Below the pieces are notes generated by a model. It saw only the letters and a program-made list of their open reading frames with translations, did not search any database and was not told the origin of the DNA. The position numbers and the translations under genes were made by a program. Positions 60,428 through 64,000 of a DNA stretch of 64,000 bases are shown piece by piece. Numbering within the stretch: position 1 is the first letter of the stretch; the number at the start of each line of letters is the position of its first letter. Source of the DNA: an uncultured delta proteobacterium (GTDB lineage: Bacteria > Myxococcota_A > Polyangia > Polyangiales > Polyangiaceae); assembly GCA_963806225.1 (NCBI GenBank), contig CAWDXG010000001.1:1792001-1856000 (forward strand), given 5' to 3'.

Positions 60428-63400
60428 CACAGCCGCCGGTCGGTTCGACCTTGGTCTGCCCGTTGGGCGAGCCCGGCAGAATGCAGCTGCCGTTCGCGTC
60501 GATCGGCAGTGGTCCAGCGTTGCCCTCGAGCGTGCCCTGGTCGAGCTTGACGCCGAGGTCGCCGGTGTTGCGGTTGTCGTGGTGGAAGCTTTCCCAGGTG
60601 ATCACACCCTTGGTCGTGCCCTTGGTGTGCCAGGCGTAGAGCCAGCCTTCGCGCGACGGGACGACCACCTCGAGCTTGCCGTCCCCGTCGATGTCGCCGA
60701 CCGCCGTGGTCGAGATGACCCACTGCCCGACGAACTTCGGCCAGCCTTCCGGCTCGCGCCCGCAGGCGTCGGCCGCGTGGACGAAGTAGCCGCCGCTGCC
60801 GGTCAGGACCTCGGGATAGCCGTCGCCGTCGATGTCGGCGATCGCCTGGTTGTTGAAGAACGTGAAGTCTTCGAGCACGACGGGGCTGCCCGGGAACATC
60901 GCGCCCGTCTTGCCGCTCCACATCGCCAGCAGGTTCTGCCCGAGCTTCTGGGACGTACCCTTCGAGACCAGCTGCTGCGCCAGGCTGAGCGAGCCACCCG
61001 ACGTGACGATGTCGGGCGTGCCGTCCTGGTCCAGGTCGCCCGCGGATGGCTGCGCGAACAGCGGGAAACATCGTGTCGGGGCGGACCGCCTTGGAGTCGG
61101 TGCCGAAGATCGCCGTGGGCTCGAGGCCGCGCTCGGGGGGGCCACCGTCTTCGACCCGGACGCACGGGCAGCGCGTTCGGCGGCACGCCGTAGCCGGCCC
61201 CGCCCTGCTTCCCGGGGTCGGCGGGCAGGATCATGGGCGCGCTGGCGTTGCCGTGGATGATCGCGTCCGGCTTGCCGTCCCCGTTGATGTCAGCTGCGAT
61301 CGGCGAGTTGCCGACTCCCTCCGCGACCAGCGGGAACAGCTTGAACGACGTCATCGTGACCGGCCAGTTCGTCATGTACTTCCGGGTCTTGCCGTCGATC
61401 AGATAGAAGGCTCCGGCGCCGCCGCCCGCTCCAAGCTTCTCGTTGGAGCCGACGAGGACGTCCGGCGTGCCGTCGCCGTTGAAATCGGTGACGGTCGGCG
61501 TGGTCAGGATGCGGTTGTACTCGTCGAGCCCAGGGAAGTGCACGCGCACCGGCCAGCCCGTGAGCGGCGTGCCGTCGGCCTTGTAGACGTGGACGTAGCC
61601 GTCGAAGCCGGCCTGGATCACGTCGAGCTTGCCGTCGCCGTCCATGTCGGCGAGCACGGGGCTTCCGAACGCGCCGCGGTCGACGACGTTGTTCACGTCG
61701 TTGCCGCTCGCGTCCTTGGTCGCGCCCATGCACAGAGCGGGTGGCTTGCTACCATCGAGCGGGCAGGAGGGAACGTCAGGCAGCCGCACCGGCCAGCCCT
61801 TCATGAGCGTGCCGTCGTTCTTGATGACGTAGATCGTGCCCGAATACGTCGTGACCACGATGTCCAGCTTGCCGTCGCCGTTCATGTCGGCGATCGCCGG
61901 AGTCGGGCACGATGGCTTCCCGTGCCAGGTCCGGGTCGACTCCGTTGGGGCTGTTGTAGGCCGGGCTCTTCGAGTAGTCGGGGCGCGTCGTGTCGCCGTC
62001 GAGGCCGTCGACCTGCTTCACCTTGAAGGGGAAGCCGGCGACCTCCTCGGGCATGCCGCTCTTCATGGACCAGACGTGCACGAGGCCGCCGCTGGTGCCG
62101 AGAACGATGTCGCTGACGCCGTCGCCGTCGATGTCGGCCAGCTTGGGGCTCGACTCGCCCGAGTCGCTGATGCGCAGTGGGAAGCCGCTGACGAGGTCCG
62201 GGTCCTTGTACACGTAGTACGCGCGGCGGAGCTCACCGCTCACGTCCCCGATGCTGCCGCCGTAGTGCGCCGTGGCGCGGACCCGCACGGTGATGGTGTA
62301 CTCGTTCTCGCCATGCGGGCTGTCGGGATCCGCCGGGTGGCTCACGTCGATGCTGCGCACGTCAAGCGACGCCAGCGGGGAGCCGTCGCTTCCGACCTCG
62401 CCTGTGAGATTCGTCTGCTTCGGCTCGACCGGCTTGAAGGCCTCGTCCAGCGGCTGCACGCCCGGCGCCCACTCGACCACGTAGTCGTAGCTCTTGGCGC
62501 GCTTGGCGCTGACGGTCCCGACGATGGGCACCGGCGCGTTCAGCTGGTCGGCGTACAACACCTAGAACCAGTGCGGCTTGACGACATCGATGTCGGGCGG
62601 GATGCGTCCTTCCTTGACCCACTCGACCGCGGTGTTGGCGTTGACCCGCCCGTAGCCGAAGCGCTGGTCGAAGCCCGGCTGCGAGTAGAAGTACTGCGAA
62701 CCCGGCTGGCGCGATTCGGCGACGTCGATGTCGTCCGCCGTCATCATGTCCAGCTGCATCACCTCGCCGGCCGTCAGCTGCGGCTTGGTGAGCCGTCGTA
62801 GCCGGCCTCGACGCCCATCGAGTAGACGAGCCCGCTGACGCCCGACAGGCGCGCGGTCGCCTCGCTCGAGCAGCCGGTGCCGGACGCCGACAGGAAGTTC
62901 TGGCGCGCCGTAGTTCGTGCACAGGTTGAACGCGAGGAAGCTCGTCGCCGTCGTCGACTCGCTGGTCGGAGCCGAGCATGGTGATGGCGTGGACCGGCAG
63001 CGTGTGGTTCGCCGTGGCCGGCATGTTGTGATGGCGGGCGTTCTCGTCCGCCATGCTGGCGATCGACGATCGTGCCGCGGCTCCAGGCGTAGTCCATGGC
63101 CGACTGCGCGAAACGCGACATGTCGATGGTGCCCAGGGCCTCCTGGATCGACGCTCGAGCCGTTGTCGGTCGCGTACACCACCGCCTTGGCCGAAGTTCT
63201 GCGAGTTCGCGATGAAGCTGTCGCCTACGCGCAGCATCTGGAAGCGGCACTTCGGGCACACGCCGGCGTCGCCGATGCCCGTCGTTCGCTGCCGCCCGAC
63301 GAGTCGTTCGCTTCGCCGGTGCCGTGGCCGTAGCGCGTGTCGTCGTACGGGTCGTTGTCGTTCTTCATGAAGTCCCAGCCCGAGATGTCGTCGACGAAGC

Positions 63401-64000
63401 CGTTGCCGTCGTCGTCCTTCCCGTCCGAGACCATGAGCTTGCCCTGCGCGTTCTTCATGGTGATGAGGTCGCCGGCGTCGAGGATGCCGTTCCGGTTCGC
63501 GTCGCCCTGCGGGTGGCCGGTGGAGGCCGGCGGGCTCGAGCCAGGGTGAGTCGGCGTAGTCGCGAGATCGGTGAGGATGCCGTCGCCGTTGCAGTCGAAC
63601 AGATCCTGTCCAGGCTTGGACGGGTCGAGCGGGCGCACAGTCCGAACCGTCGCTGTGCTTCGGCAGGTGGTTTCCGAGCTCGCCCTTGTTCAGGTACGCC
63701 TTCTCGGCGATGTTGGATCGTCCCACTTGATGCCGCAATCGAGGACCGAGATGAGCACGCGGTCGTCGCCGATGGTGTGGCGCCAGGCCAGATCGATGCT
63801 CATGCCCGATGCGGTCTCTCCCGGGCGCAGCGGCGGTGCGCCGGGCGAGCGGTCCGGAATGAACGAGTAGAAGTTCCACTGGCCCTTCTTGCGCTTGGAC
63901 GAGGTGGCCGAGGCGACGTAGCCGTAGCCCGGGTCGTTGGGCCAGTTCGCCGGGTTCTTCATGTCGGCCGAGGTCGCGGTCTCGGGCGGCGGCCAGGCGG
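60312..64000 (-). CDS. S8 (subtilisin-like) peptidase, FG-GAP repeats and MYXO-CTERM; multiply frameshifted, 5' end outside the window
   Basis: Across frames: ISVLDCGI (Asp), DDDGNGFVDDISGWDF, YGHGTG (His), GTGCSSEAT (Ser region), FGYGRVNA, DMNGDGKLD/DIDGDG repeats, GCGCSV..WLALLGLPAVLVLRRR. Confidence 0.8.

Noticed and set aside
62562..62564. In-frame TAG in the S8/FG-GAP gene (HWF*VLY) as possible pyrrolysine or readthrough
   Set aside because: The same gene has many frameshifts in 61-64 kb, and other genes in the window use TAG as a normal stop; a low-quality consensus or pseudogenisation is simpler

Overview
GC-rich bacterial DNA, most likely Myxococcota (Polyangiaceae-like), inferred from three MYXO-CTERM-type tails, many Gly-rich lipoproteins, PEGA and TPR proteins and a eukaryotic-type Ser/Thr kinase. 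Bases 1-44.3 kb look like core chromosome. They carry an octaheme HAO-family cytochrome with a His-rich membrane partner and a GAF histidine kinase; secreted hydrolases (GH5-like, PLD, GH25, M23); a five-gene operon (CrtI-like FAD oxidoreductase, phytol/dolichol-kinase-like, MenA/UbiA prenyltransferase, two ArsA/Get3-like ATPases) behind a candidate sigma54 promoter; a pseudo-caspase/TPR protein; sahR-ahcY with a visible operator; pheA plus a prephenate dehydratase-DAHP synthase fusion; GntR/SCP2; TonB; and tRNA-Met(CAT). A ~16 kb island runs from the tRNA 3' half to a second copy of it (~133 bp direct repeat, 44348-44480 / 60294-60427). The island has no integrase but holds IS91-like transposase remnants, gene fragments and orphan secreted proteins. 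The last 3.7 kb is a heavily frameshifted S8 peptidase/FG-GAP/MYXO-CTERM gene, probably degraded by sequencing errors. All calls come from motif recognition by eye; no database searches were run.
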